The notes under the pieces were generated by a model. That model saw only the letters and a program-made list of their open reading frames with translations, was not told the DNA's origin and ran no database searches. From an uncultured virus (IMG/VR IMGVR_UViG_3300035145_001531) (Duplodnaviria; Heunggongvirae; Uroviricota; Caudoviricetes): a DNA stretch of 64,000 nucleotides. Both the position numbers and the translations under genes were made by a program. Location of the stretch: IMG/VR virus record IMGVR_UViG_3300035145_001531. One strand, written 5' to 3'. Positions 37,769 to 47,120 of the stretch are shown piece by piece. Numbering within the stretch: position 1 is the first letter of the stretch; each line of letters begins with the position of its first letter.

Positions 37769-39052
37769 ATGTCAGAGAAAAAAAGACGCAGAATTAACAC
37801 TGCAGCCGAAGAGGCAACTACGATCGAACTGGTAGAAACTATCCAGACCCCAGCACAAAATCTTACTGAAGAAAAAGTAGAGTATACAAACCCTGATGCT
37901 CAATTTTACAACGAGGACGGTGAATTCCTATGGGATGCATACGAAGCCACATGTCCATCTCACACTAGAAACCCTAACCCACATATCAAAACACAAAACG
38001 GGGATAAGGTTTATTCTAGAGAAGCCTATGCTCAAGAATTTTACGATATTCTAACTGAATATAGCCCGGAGATTAAACCAGAATTATTTATTGGAGAAAT
38101 TCATACAGGTTCAGTTTGGGCAGTTAACCAAGAATGGATTACTGTAGATATTGGCTATAGAGAACTGGTTTACGTTAAGGCAAATAAAGAGCCTGAAGAA
38201 GTAAGGCAACTTTTACCAGGAGACGAAACCGCTGTTTTAATCACAGAAACTAAAGGTACTTTAACAGGATCTATTTCCGGCGGCGTGAAACAGAAAACAT
38301 TCATGGATCTACGTTCTGGTATAGAGGAAGGTAATACAGCATGGATTGGTACTGTTAAAAGTATGATTGAGAACGGTGGGTATATTGTTAGAGTACAAGG
38401 TATCGATTGCTTTATGCCAGGTTCATTAGCGGGTATCAATAAGCTGGCTAATTTTGAATCTATTATTGGCGAAGAAATCTACGTGGTACCGGTAAGCTTC
38501 TCAGAAGATAGAGGTACGATCGTAGTATCACATAGAAAATATTTACAAGCATTAATACCTAATGCAATTGAAGAACTAAAAGCTAATATTGGCACAGAGA
38601 AAACCGGTAAAGTAACTGGTAGTGCTAAATACGGAGTCTTTGTAGAATTTGATAGATGTCTAACTGGTATGATTCACTCTAATGAATTAAACGAAGAGAC
38701 TATGGCTAGGTTTAAATCTAGAGATATTAAACCAGGCGAAGATATTACATTCTTTGTAAAAGATATTATCAGTAATACTAAAATTACACTAACTCAAAAG
38801 GTTGGTACTACTGTTAATCCATGGCTTGATATTAGTTCAAGATACCAAATACCATCTGTAGTACAGGCTAAAATTAAAACCAAAAAAGAGTATGGTGTTT
38901 TTGTAAACATCGAAGAAGGTGTAACTGGTTTATTACATATTAGCGAAGTACCTGATGAAATTATGGAGACTTATTCGACCGGTGACGATATTGATGTACA
39001 GATCACCAGAATCGATGAGTCTGCCATGAAGGTATTTCTTAAATTACCTTAA
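37769..39052 (+). CDS. rpsA: Ribosomal protein S1-like protein (about four S1 domains)
   Basis: VDIGY, GGYIVRVQGIDCFMPGS, IVVSHRKYL, KYGVFVEF...GMIHSNE and EYGVFVNIEEGVTGLLHISE. Confidence 0.85.
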   Translation: MSEKKRRRINTAAEEATTIELVETIQTPAQNLTEEKVEYTNPDAQFYNEDGEFLWDAYEATCPSHTRNPNPHIKTQNGDKVYSREAYAQEFYDILTEYSPEIKPELFIGEIHTGSVWAVNQEWITVDIGYRELVYVKANKEPEEVRQLLPGDETAVLITETKGTLTGSISGGVKQKTFMDLRSGIEEGNTAWIGTVKSMIENGGYIVRVQGIDCFMPGSLAGINKLANFESIIGEEIYVVPVSFSEDRGTIVVSHRKYLQALIPNAIEELKANIGTEKTGKVTGSAKYGVFVEFDRCLTGMIHSNELNEETMARFKSRDIKPGEDITFFVKDIISNTKITLTQKVGTTVNPWLDISSRYQIPSVVQAKIKTKKEYGVFVNIEEGVTGLLHISEVPDEIMETYSTGDDIDVQITRIDESAMKVFLKLP

Positions 39053-39108
39053 TAACTATTGCCACAGAGTTTGATATATATTGAAAAGTAATATCATACT
39101 CTTAATTG

Positions 39109-40419
39109 ATGCAAAAGTTAAATAACAGCTCTGGTAGAGATCAAGTTTTAAACGCGAGCCAAATCGGGGTCGAGTTTGAATTTTATTCTAATCTAAGTTT
39201 AGAGGAGACTCAAAAGTCTCTCTCTAAACTTTTAGATAGAAAGATTCAGCTAGAAGACAAAGCACATTCTGATTTTCAGCCTAGCGCAGAAGTTTTTAAA
39301 ATGGAACCAGACATGTCTGGTGGTAAGGGGCTGATTGAATTAGTGACTGGGGCACTGCCTTATAGGAATGCCAGATTAATGATTATGAAAATGTTAGGGT
39401 GGATCCGTGAAAATGGTTACACTTCTGATAGAGCTTCTATCCACCTAAACATGTCTTTTAATCCTGATTACTTAGAGAATAAAGATATGATTCAGCACAT
39501 GAATGTGTTGAAATTTATCCTAGAATTCGACGAGGCTAGAGTTTACAAATATTTTCCTAATAGAGAGAATTCAACTTATGCTAAATCTATTAAATGGATT
39601 ATGCCTAAGCATGAAGCATTCTACTATAATGAGAATATGATTAATAAAGATAATTTTACTTTTGCTAATACTAAATATTACGGTATTAATTTTGAAAAGG
39701 CGCAAAAGAATTATCTAGAGTTTAGATATTTAGGTGGTAAAGATTATGAAAAAAGACAAGATGATATTTTACATCTTGCAGATGGTTTCATCATGGCTAT
39801 TTGGAGATCTTGCCACAATCCTAGATTTACTTCAGAAAATAAAATTGAACTACAGAGGATCTTAAGAAAAAATGAACCTCTATCTGAAATGCTAAAAGAT
39901 TACAGGGCTGTAAATAAACACTGGCCTAAGATAAATATACTTGTAGATTTACAAGATAGTCCTACTGTAATTAATGTGCAATGGGATAGATTTAAACGCA
40001 AAGTCTTAGACTTATTATCTAACGGTTCGATGGAAGAGGGGATTATTAATTATGATTCCGACTATTCCGTGGTACAGGTCAAGGATGGTAAATTTAAGAC
40101 CGCGTATATTTTAGATGGCTTTGAATTTGTAGACTGTGAGTTATCAGGTAATATTGAAAACTCTGCAATCTATGGTGGTAAAGTTTCAGGGGCACAATTA
40201 TTAAGATGTCAACTGTATAAAGGATGTGAGGTTATGGATTCAAAGGTAGAATCTTCTTTTATACACGGCAGCTGTGAACTAAAAAATTGTTATGTCTTTG
40301 GGAGAGATACTATTTTCAAGGGCAAAATGATAGGTGGTATTTTTAGAGAAGGTGGAGTTGGACCTCATGCTAGATTTGAAGATACTGAAGTGGTAGTAAG
40401 CACAAAAATAAAATCATAA
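39109..40419 (+). CDS. Putative amidoligase (COOH-NH2 ligase) with C-terminal beta-helix-like repeats
   Basis: IGVEFEF, EPD.S, ELVT, SIHLNMS, KYYGINF and YLEFRY. The C-terminus is repetitive. Confidence 0.75.
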   Translation: MQKLNNSSGRDQVLNASQIGVEFEFYSNLSLEETQKSLSKLLDRKIQLEDKAHSDFQPSAEVFKMEPDMSGGKGLIELVTGALPYRNARLMIMKMLGWIRENGYTSDRASIHLNMSFNPDYLENKDMIQHMNVLKFILEFDEARVYKYFPNRENSTYAKSIKWIMPKHEAFYYNENMINKDNFTFANTKYYGINFEKAQKNYLEFRYLGGKDYEKRQDDILHLADGFIMAIWRSCHNPRFTSENKIELQRILRKNEPLSEMLKDYRAVNKHWPKINILVDLQDSPTVINVQWDRFKRKVLDLLSNGSMEEGIINYDSDYSVVQVKDGKFKTAYILDGFEFVDCELSGNIENSAIYGGKVSGAQLLRCQLYKGCEVMDSKVESSFIHGSCELKNCYVFGRDTIFKGKMIGGIFREGGVGPHARFEDTEVVVSTKIKS

Positions 40420-40420
40420 A

Positions 40421-41263
40421 ATGAGCGAAATTAGATCAGGTAACGAAGACCAATTAGGCACGGAAAGAAACTTTGGTGACAGTTGTTTTAACGCATTTTT
40501 ACAGGAACTGGGAGATGACTTAACCGGCGCGTGTATGGTGCCAGTTAACCTACCTCAAAGAGAAATTATTAATATCGTAAAAAGAGCTAGAAAATGGTTC
40601 TATAAAAATTACGAAGACGCAGTAAGAGAAAACTACTATCATGTGCCTGCTAGTGTTTTTTCTTCACAATACTTTAAACAACATAGATCTTTAAATCTTC
40701 CAGGCGCTAATAGTGACGGCTCTGGTTCAGTATTCTCTGTTTTTGGAGTGCATGATTTAGGTTCAGGTTGGAATAATGTCGGCGGAAGCTTTGATGTAAG
40801 ATTTGAAAGTGGCGGTGACTTTGCTATTGAGAAGATGTTATTTAGAGGTATGTACGAAGGATCTGGCGCTGCTGAGTCTGCGTCTGAATTAGAGTATTAC
40901 GTACTTAATCAGTCTTTAGCTGATATGTCTAGAATGATTTTAGAAAATCCTATTTCATACCAATACTCTAGATTAACTGGAGAACTAAAGATTTTAGGAG
41001 ATACTCCTAAACAAGATGTAATTCTACACGTTTACGAAACTCTACCTGACTGTGCATTATACGACGATGAGATTTTCTTTAGATATTGTTCTGCTAAGAT
41101 TAAGCAGTCCCTAGGTGCTAAATTAGGCATCTTTAAATTTGCATTACCTGGTAATGTTGAATTTGACTACGACGCAATAAAAGACATGGGAGACACCGAG
41201 TTAGAGTCTATTATTGAGGAGATAAAAGGAGATGAGGGTGTGGACTGGATGTTCCACTCTTAA
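40421..41263 (+). CDS. Neck protein (T4 gp13-like)
   Basis: C-terminal AKIKQSLG..LG.F...LPGNV..D...I...G..E pattern. Confidence 0.65.
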   Translation: MSEIRSGNEDQLGTERNFGDSCFNAFLQELGDDLTGACMVPVNLPQREIINIVKRARKWFYKNYEDAVRENYYHVPASVFSSQYFKQHRSLNLPGANSDGSGSVFSVFGVHDLGSGWNNVGGSFDVRFESGGDFAIEKMLFRGMYEGSGAAESASELEYYVLNQSLADMSRMILENPISYQYSRLTGELKILGDTPKQDVILHVYETLPDCALYDDEIFFRYCSAKIKQSLGAKLGIFKFALPGNVEFDYDAIKDMGDTELESIIEEIKGDEGVDWMFHS

Positions 41264-41282
41264 AAGGCGAATACATATATAG

Positions 41283-41639
41283 ATGGATTTTTACATTAAA
41301 TATATTGGTGACCCTAACTACCAGGCTAATGTGATACAGAATGTTGACGAAATTCAGCAGCTGTTAACACAGATCGAGACTGTGCTTTTCACTAGGAAAA
41401 GAGATGTTTTGGGTAATCCTGATTTTGGCTGTAATCTAGAGGATCTAGTCTATAGTTTAAACCAAAACGAGTGGCAGATTAGAAATGAGATTGAAAATCA
41501 ATTATCTAATTATGTACCGCTAGCACAAAAATATAGCACTGATGTGGATGTATCATTCTATAAAGGTGAAGTTAGAGATATTTGTTATGTTGATATTACG
41601 GTTAATAACGAGTATCAAATACAGGTAAATTTAAGATAA
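41283..41639 (+). CDS. Baseplate wedge subunit gp25-like
   Basis: LFTRKRDVLGNPDFGCNL..L, I..Q...YVP. Confidence 0.85.
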   Translation: MDFYIKYIGDPNYQANVIQNVDEIQQLLTQIETVLFTRKRDVLGNPDFGCNLEDLVYSLNQNEWQIRNEIENQLSNYVPLAQKYSTDVDVSFYKGEVRDICYVDITVNNEYQIQVNLR

Positions 41640-41646
41640 ATAACTA

Positions 41647-43476
41647 ATGGCGGAACTAAAATTTTTAAGTACACTAAGAACGCAATCCAACCAAATAAAG
41701 TCGGATGCGCGTACATATATCTCTAGAGTATACAAGAGAGCTAATACTCTGTTTACTGATGCGTCGCCTTTTGCTCAGATTGTTAATGTAATGGCAGAGC
41801 TGGGTGAATTAATTATGTTCTACATAGAGGATTCTTTAGTAGAGCAAAATATCTATACAGCACAACAACCAGAATCTATTTATGGTTTATCAAGACTAAC
41901 TGGTCATGATGCAACTAGGGGTTTTGCAGCAACTGGTGAAATTGAATTTAGATGGAAGGTTGGTGCTGATCTTGGTAAAATTGCAGGTACAGGTCTAAAT
42001 ATTGATTCTAGAGCAGAATTAGTGTGCATGTTAAACGGCCTACCATATACTTTACTAACTTCGCAAGAGAAATTTAGATTAGAAAAGTCTAATAAGTTTA
42101 GAACTAAAGTGGCAATCGTACAGGGTAAATTTGAACAACAAGTCTTTACTGGTACTGGTGAGCCAATGCAGTCATATAACGTAAAAGTTAACTCTTTAAC
42201 CGATCACTCTAAAGTTAATGTGTCGGTTAACGGTGAGAAGTGGACTAAGCATGAGTCTGTGTATGATATGTTAAGCGATGAAAAAGCATACATCTTAAAG
42301 ACTGGTGTTGGAGGTGGATTAGATATTTATTTTGGAACAGGTAACTTTGGTGCAATACCGCCTTCTGGATCGGATATTCAAGTAGAATATATTAAACACA
42401 AAGGCTCTTTAGGTAATCTAGGAGACGCTCAAGATCTACAGTTTCAATGGGATGCAGAGGGTACCGACTCTAACGGAAACGGCTTTGATCTAAACGAATA
42501 CTTAGAGCTTAATGTCACATCTGCTCCTAAAATGGGCGCTGACGCAGAGTCTGTTGATTTTACTAAATTAATGGCTCCTCTCGCTTCCAAATCCTACGTC
42601 TTAGCAACTCCGGACAATTACGAGTATTTCTTATCAAGATACGGAATGTTCTCGTATGTGGATGCTTACAATACAACGTCTGATGAATACTTAGATGATG
42701 ACAATGTTATCTATATCTTTGCTATTCCAGATGTAAAAAGAAAATTAATAGCTGGGCAAGACTATTTCTCAATTCCAGAAAATGAGATGTTCTTTGACCA
42801 GAATGAATATGACAAAATGTCGCAAGTTATTCAGGATAGCGGCCAACAGATGGTAACTACTGAAGTGGTGTTTGTTAAACCTCAGATTAGAAAATACAGC
42901 ATGGATATTAACATCAGATATTTTGAGGGTTATACAAAACAGGAGATCTTCAACGAGGTAAGAGCTAGAGTGAGTGACTACTTATTAAATATTACAAGAA
43001 GAGACAAATTGCCTAAGTCTGATATTGTATACATTTTAGAAGAGATTGACGGTATTGACGCAGTAAATGTGAGATTTATTTCAGAAACAGAGGAGACAGC
43101 TAGACGCTTGGGTTACTATGAGTCTAAGACTGTATCTGTAGTCCCACAAGAACCTGTAGTTCTAGAAGATATTGGTAACGGCAAACAAAAATATATTTTC
43201 TTTAAGCGCGTGGAAGAGGTTAAGACCGTACAAGTCGATGAGACTACTGCCATTCCACCAACAGTCGCAGGTTTAGATCAATGGGGTGACATTATCATGG
43301 AACACGAAGAGGTAGCAGTCTTTAGAGGCGGCTGGCAAGATCGTGAAGGTGATGAAATTATTGATGACGCTCGTATCAATGCCGAGGCAGCGCTTAGTGT
43401 GAATTTTGATGAAACGCCTATACCTAGAACAATATACACTAGAGTACAGGCTGGAAATAGAAAAGCCTTGAAATAA
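41647..43476 (+). CDS. Baseplate wedge subunit gp6/J-like
   Basis: NIYTAQ..SIY.L..L.G, IYFG.G.FG..PP.G..I.VEY, GAD.ES and T..NY. Confidence 0.8.
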   Translation: MAELKFLSTLRTQSNQIKSDARTYISRVYKRANTLFTDASPFAQIVNVMAELGELIMFYIEDSLVEQNIYTAQQPESIYGLSRLTGHDATRGFAATGEIEFRWKVGADLGKIAGTGLNIDSRAELVCMLNGLPYTLLTSQEKFRLEKSNKFRTKVAIVQGKFEQQVFTGTGEPMQSYNVKVNSLTDHSKVNVSVNGEKWTKHESVYDMLSDEKAYILKTGVGGGLDIYFGTGNFGAIPPSGSDIQVEYIKHKGSLGNLGDAQDLQFQWDAEGTDSNGNGFDLNEYLELNVTSAPKMGADAESVDFTKLMAPLASKSYVLATPDNYEYFLSRYGMFSYVDAYNTTSDEYLDDDNVIYIFAIPDVKRKLIAGQDYFSIPENEMFFDQNEYDKMSQVIQDSGQQMVTTEVVFVKPQIRKYSMDINIRYFEGYTKQEIFNEVRARVSDYLLNITRRDKLPKSDIVYILEEIDGIDAVNVRFISETEETARRLGYYESKTVSVVPQEPVVLEDIGNGKQKYIFFKRVEEVKTVQVDETTAIPPTVAGLDQWGDIIMEHEEVAVFRGGWQDREGDEIIDDARINAEAALSVNFDETPIPRTIYTRVQAGNRKALK

Positions 43477-43745
43477 TGTTATTTAAAGATCTATTAGTAT
43501 ACAGAAGAAAGAGGCTATATAATGTAGCTAAACACAGAAAAGATCAGAACTTAAACGTCAAATATGACTATAAGAAGAATGGTCTTTTACAAAATCAGCT
43601 ATCACAACACATTCAAAGAAATCAGACTATGAGAGAATTCCTCATGCTGGTAAACGATTATATTGTGTCTCTTTTAGATCAGGTCAGATATTTAAAGAAC
43701 TACAAGAACTTTACGGTAGAAAAAGACGACGAGAGAACTAGGTAA
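43476..43745 (+). CDS. Small baseplate-region protein
   Basis: Coupled ORF between baseplate genes. Confidence 0.6.
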   Translation: MLFKDLLVYRRKRLYNVAKHRKDQNLNVKYDYKKNGLLQNQLSQHIQRNQTMREFLMLVNDYIVSLLDQVRYLKNYKNFTVEKDDERTR

Positions 43746-43746
43746 T

Positions 43747-46518
43747 ATGTGGAATAATTTAAGATTCTTTAATGGTACAATTACTGAGCTTCAGTTAACT
43801 CAGGATGCCGATGGCGTCTGGGAGGGTACCGTTTATATGCCTGAAGTTTCTGTCGGTCTATATGAGACTGTCAACCTGTTCATCTTAGAGGAGTGTACGT
43901 TGGGAGGCGATCCGGTAATTAATAAACCGATCTCACCGGACGGCAACATTACTAAGTTTAAGTTTGAATGGGAGCCGCTGCGCAGAGACCAGTCTGATAA
44001 TGTAATTATGTATGGTATGCGCATGGACGGCGGCAAAGCATACGTACATGAGCTAAAGACACAGGAGTTAGACCTAGCTGCATTTACAACTATTGATACA
44101 CAAGACTCTGAGTATTTTAAAGAAATTAATACTCATGAGAACGTGGCATTGCAGGTCAATATTGCAATTGAATCTGAAGATGCTGGGATTCATAAAAGAG
44201 TCTTGAGAGTTTCTGCTGACGGACAAACTATAGCTAGAATAGAGTTCTACGGTGAAGTTGAAGCAGAAGACGAAAGATTAAGAGTCTTACTTGCAAACTT
44301 AGGTGCATCTTTAGAAGAAGCAGACTTTATGATATTTAAGGAGCATGATATTTCTGAAATGCATCCGGATTACCAGCTTCTAAATAGAAAGAGAAAGGAA
44401 TTATTATTAGAATTAAATAATATCAAGCCATTCATCGGTACATATAAGGCGATCCTAAATGCTATCGATTTCTTTGGTTATGATAAGATTACACTAAAAG
44501 AATATTGGATTAATATAGATAAATCTTCCAAAACTTTTGGTAAATTACATGCTATTCCAGTACCTAATTCTTCAGTTAGGGGTGAGATGACTAGAAAGCG
44601 CCTGAAATTCAAGGTGCCTTCTGCAACACAAAAGAAGACTAGTAGATTTTCATTGGTCTATAGATTAAATGAACCAGATGGTACTTTTGACCAGTGGGAT
44701 TTTGAGAATGTAGTAGAAACGTTTGATTATACTCCGGAAGAAGTTTTAATTAAATTGTATGGTTTAAAGAATAGACTACAAAGAGATTTCTTACCTCTCG
44801 AGGCTAAGATTGTAGATATTACAGGTGAGGGTGATTATTTCTCTCAAAAGAACTTAAATATCTGGAAGATTCAAAATCCAATTGGTTTCTTCTCTGAAGG
44901 ACATAGAGTTAAATTTGATGTTTGGCCTAAAGATAGAGATCTGTTTATTGAAGATACTTCAATGGTATTAAAATCTGAATTAGACCAAGATGATTCTACT
45001 AATAATTATACAACATTTTTAAATCTGAATGTCGGGCACGAGGCTGATTTATCAGAGGCCCAAAGAACTGAATTAAAATCAATCTATGAAACTTTCTATG
45101 AAACTTATCATGATAGGGAGATGGATTCATGGAATGCTAATTTTGACCAGACTAATGTTCCAATCGGATGTCCAGTTATTTTAGATTCAACAGAGTCTTG
45201 GGATGATATTTGGGACGAAGCGCAGTTTGTATGGGATGATGCTGTTGATGCGAACGCAAACTTAAAAGTAACTTGGGACAACTGGTGGAAACGCTGGGTC
45301 TATGAAATTGAATGGATTATTGATGGCCCAAGAGATTGGCACCAAGAGTACAGAGGTCCTATCGACGATTACAAAAGATTGCCGCTTAACCTACCTTATG
45401 TTGGAGCATACACTATCGAGATGAGACTATACGACCTATTTGGCCACATGTCTTACTATAAGAAAAAAGATCTATTTGACGTTAAGTTAAAAGAGATTGA
45501 GCTGTATGGTGTTTACAAATGGTTAGAGGTAGATAAGAAGGCTAATATTGCAACTTGGGATTCTAAATTCTTAGACTGGGACATGTCTGGTGGTTACTGG
45601 GAGTTTCCACAAGATAATACACAGTCTGTAGAAGATAGCATTGCAACATTTTACCAAACATTGGATAGAGCAAACTACCTACACGATGAAGACCAAGGCG
45701 TTAGATTCTCAATGGTACGTAGATTTGTAGATCCGTTCTCAGACACTGGTTACTCTGAGACCACTGGGCCATATCAATGGGACGAATGTTCTTTTGGTTG
45801 GAAAGACACTGTTCATAACTGGTGGGATAATATGAGGGTTGGTCCGGATTTAACGGCATCTTTTAAGATTAACTGGATTGAGCAGGGCGATGTACTTAAA
45901 ATTACACATAGGAACCCATCGACAAATGAGTTAATCGTTGGTGAACATGAGATTCAGTCAGCAACTCCAAGCTCAGCATCAGATATTACTGGATGGGAAA
46001 CCATTGTCGCAGAACTTGAGGCTTCAACAGATCCTATCATTGCTAAGTTTAACTATAATCCTATCTTTAAAGACCAGGACGCAGACGGTGATATTGATAC
46101 ATTTGATATATTGTACTTTATTCTATGTGTAGGACAAGAATATTCTAAGTCTTATGACTTTGAAACTGTAGAAATTATTAAGGCAAATCCTAACTCAGTT
46201 TCTGAAGTTGACGGCGAGGTGCATTCAGTTGCATATAACCCTAGTTGGGATAATTTAAAAGTATTTAAAAACTGGGCAGAAGTTGAAAGATCTACCCATG
46301 TTACTATATCTACCGACATTTCTAAATTTCCGGGTGCAAGAAACCCAAAATGGACGATTACTAATATAAGTAACCCAAATGTGAATGATATATACTATAA
46401 TAATATGTGGCTTACGTACATTTTCCAAGAGCCGGGTAACTACTCGATTGAATTGGAAGCGGAAGACACGTATGGAAATAAGAACGTTGTAAAACGCAAC
46501 ATGTTAAAAGTAAAATAA
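43747..46518 (+). CDS. Large baseplate/structural protein with PKD-like Ig domains
   Basis: IGTYKAI..AI.FFGY (gp7/gpI-like). C-terminus is YIFQEPGNYSIELEAEDTYGN. Confidence 0.6.
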   Translation: MWNNLRFFNGTITELQLTQDADGVWEGTVYMPEVSVGLYETVNLFILEECTLGGDPVINKPISPDGNITKFKFEWEPLRRDQSDNVIMYGMRMDGGKAYVHELKTQELDLAAFTTIDTQDSEYFKEINTHENVALQVNIAIESEDAGIHKRVLRVSADGQTIARIEFYGEVEAEDERLRVLLANLGASLEEADFMIFKEHDISEMHPDYQLLNRKRKELLLELNNIKPFIGTYKAILNAIDFFGYDKITLKEYWINIDKSSKTFGKLHAIPVPNSSVRGEMTRKRLKFKVPSATQKKTSRFSLVYRLNEPDGTFDQWDFENVVETFDYTPEEVLIKLYGLKNRLQRDFLPLEAKIVDITGEGDYFSQKNLNIWKIQNPIGFFSEGHRVKFDVWPKDRDLFIEDTSMVLKSELDQDDSTNNYTTFLNLNVGHEADLSEAQRTELKSIYETFYETYHDREMDSWNANFDQTNVPIGCPVILDSTESWDDIWDEAQFVWDDAVDANANLKVTWDNWWKRWVYEIEWIIDGPRDWHQEYRGPIDDYKRLPLNLPYVGAYTIEMRLYDLFGHMSYYKKKDLFDVKLKEIELYGVYKWLEVDKKANIATWDSKFLDWDMSGGYWEFPQDNTQSVEDSIATFYQTLDRANYLHDEDQGVRFSMVRRFVDPFSDTGYSETTGPYQWDECSFGWKDTVHNWWDNMRVGPDLTASFKINWIEQGDVLKITHRNPSTNELIVGEHEIQSATPSSASDITGWETIVAELEASTDPIIAKFNYNPIFKDQDADGDIDTFDILYFILCVGQEYSKSYDFETVEIIKANPNSVSEVDGEVHSVAYNPSWDNLKVFKNWAEVERSTHVTISTDISKFPGARNPKWTITNISNPNVNDIYYNNMWLTYIFQEPGNYSIELEAEDTYGNKNVVKRNMLKVK

Positions 46519-46525
46519 ACGAAAA

Positions 46526-47098
46526 ATGGCAAACATTACTGAAATTTTAGGTACAGATTCGGTATCATCTTCTAGACCAGTTATTAACAGTAACTTTGAG
46601 TTATTAAACGACGAGCTTGCATCGGTAACTGCCTTATTAAACCCAACTACTGCAGTTTTAAGTGGTTTAACAAGTGCAACAGCTGAGCAAATTCAAGTTG
46701 TAGACGGTACTACATTATTAGTTGTAAACACATCTGGTATGCAAGTAGGTACTGCAGCTAGCTTTACAGGCTCAGTCGCTTTAGGTGGCTCAATTGTAAA
46801 GTCTGGTGTAGCGGGTAGCCCTGCACAAGCGACTACTAATTTAGCTCCATCAACTTTAGATAAAGGTACTTACTTTATCGACGGCACTTTCTCAATTCCA
46901 GTTGGGGTTGACGGCCAAGAAGTTACTTTAATCAATATGTCTGTTAATGCCGCTGCAGTTAATTCTGGTGCTGGTGCTCCTAACTTAGGTTGGACATCAT
47001 TAGAATTAAGTGGATTAAATTCAACAGTGACATTGAGATGTTTTGGATCTAAATGGTTTGTAATTAGCTCAGCTGGCGCTGCAATTACATTATCATAA
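46526..47098 (+). CDS. Short fibre-like structural protein
   Basis: N-terminal ITEILGTDS...INSNFELL motif resembling the fibre attachment segment of T4 gp9/gp10-like proteins. Confidence 0.55.
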   Translation: MANITEILGTDSVSSSRPVINSNFELLNDELASVTALLNPTTAVLSGLTSATAEQIQVVDGTTLLVVNTSGMQVGTAASFTGSVALGGSIVKSGVAGSPAQATTNLAPSTLDKGTYFIDGTFSIPVGVDGQEVTLINMSVNAAAVNSGAGAPNLGWTSLELSGLNSTVTLRCFGSKWFVISSAGAAITLS

Positions 47099-47120
47099 AA
47101 AATTAAACCAAACACTGTAG

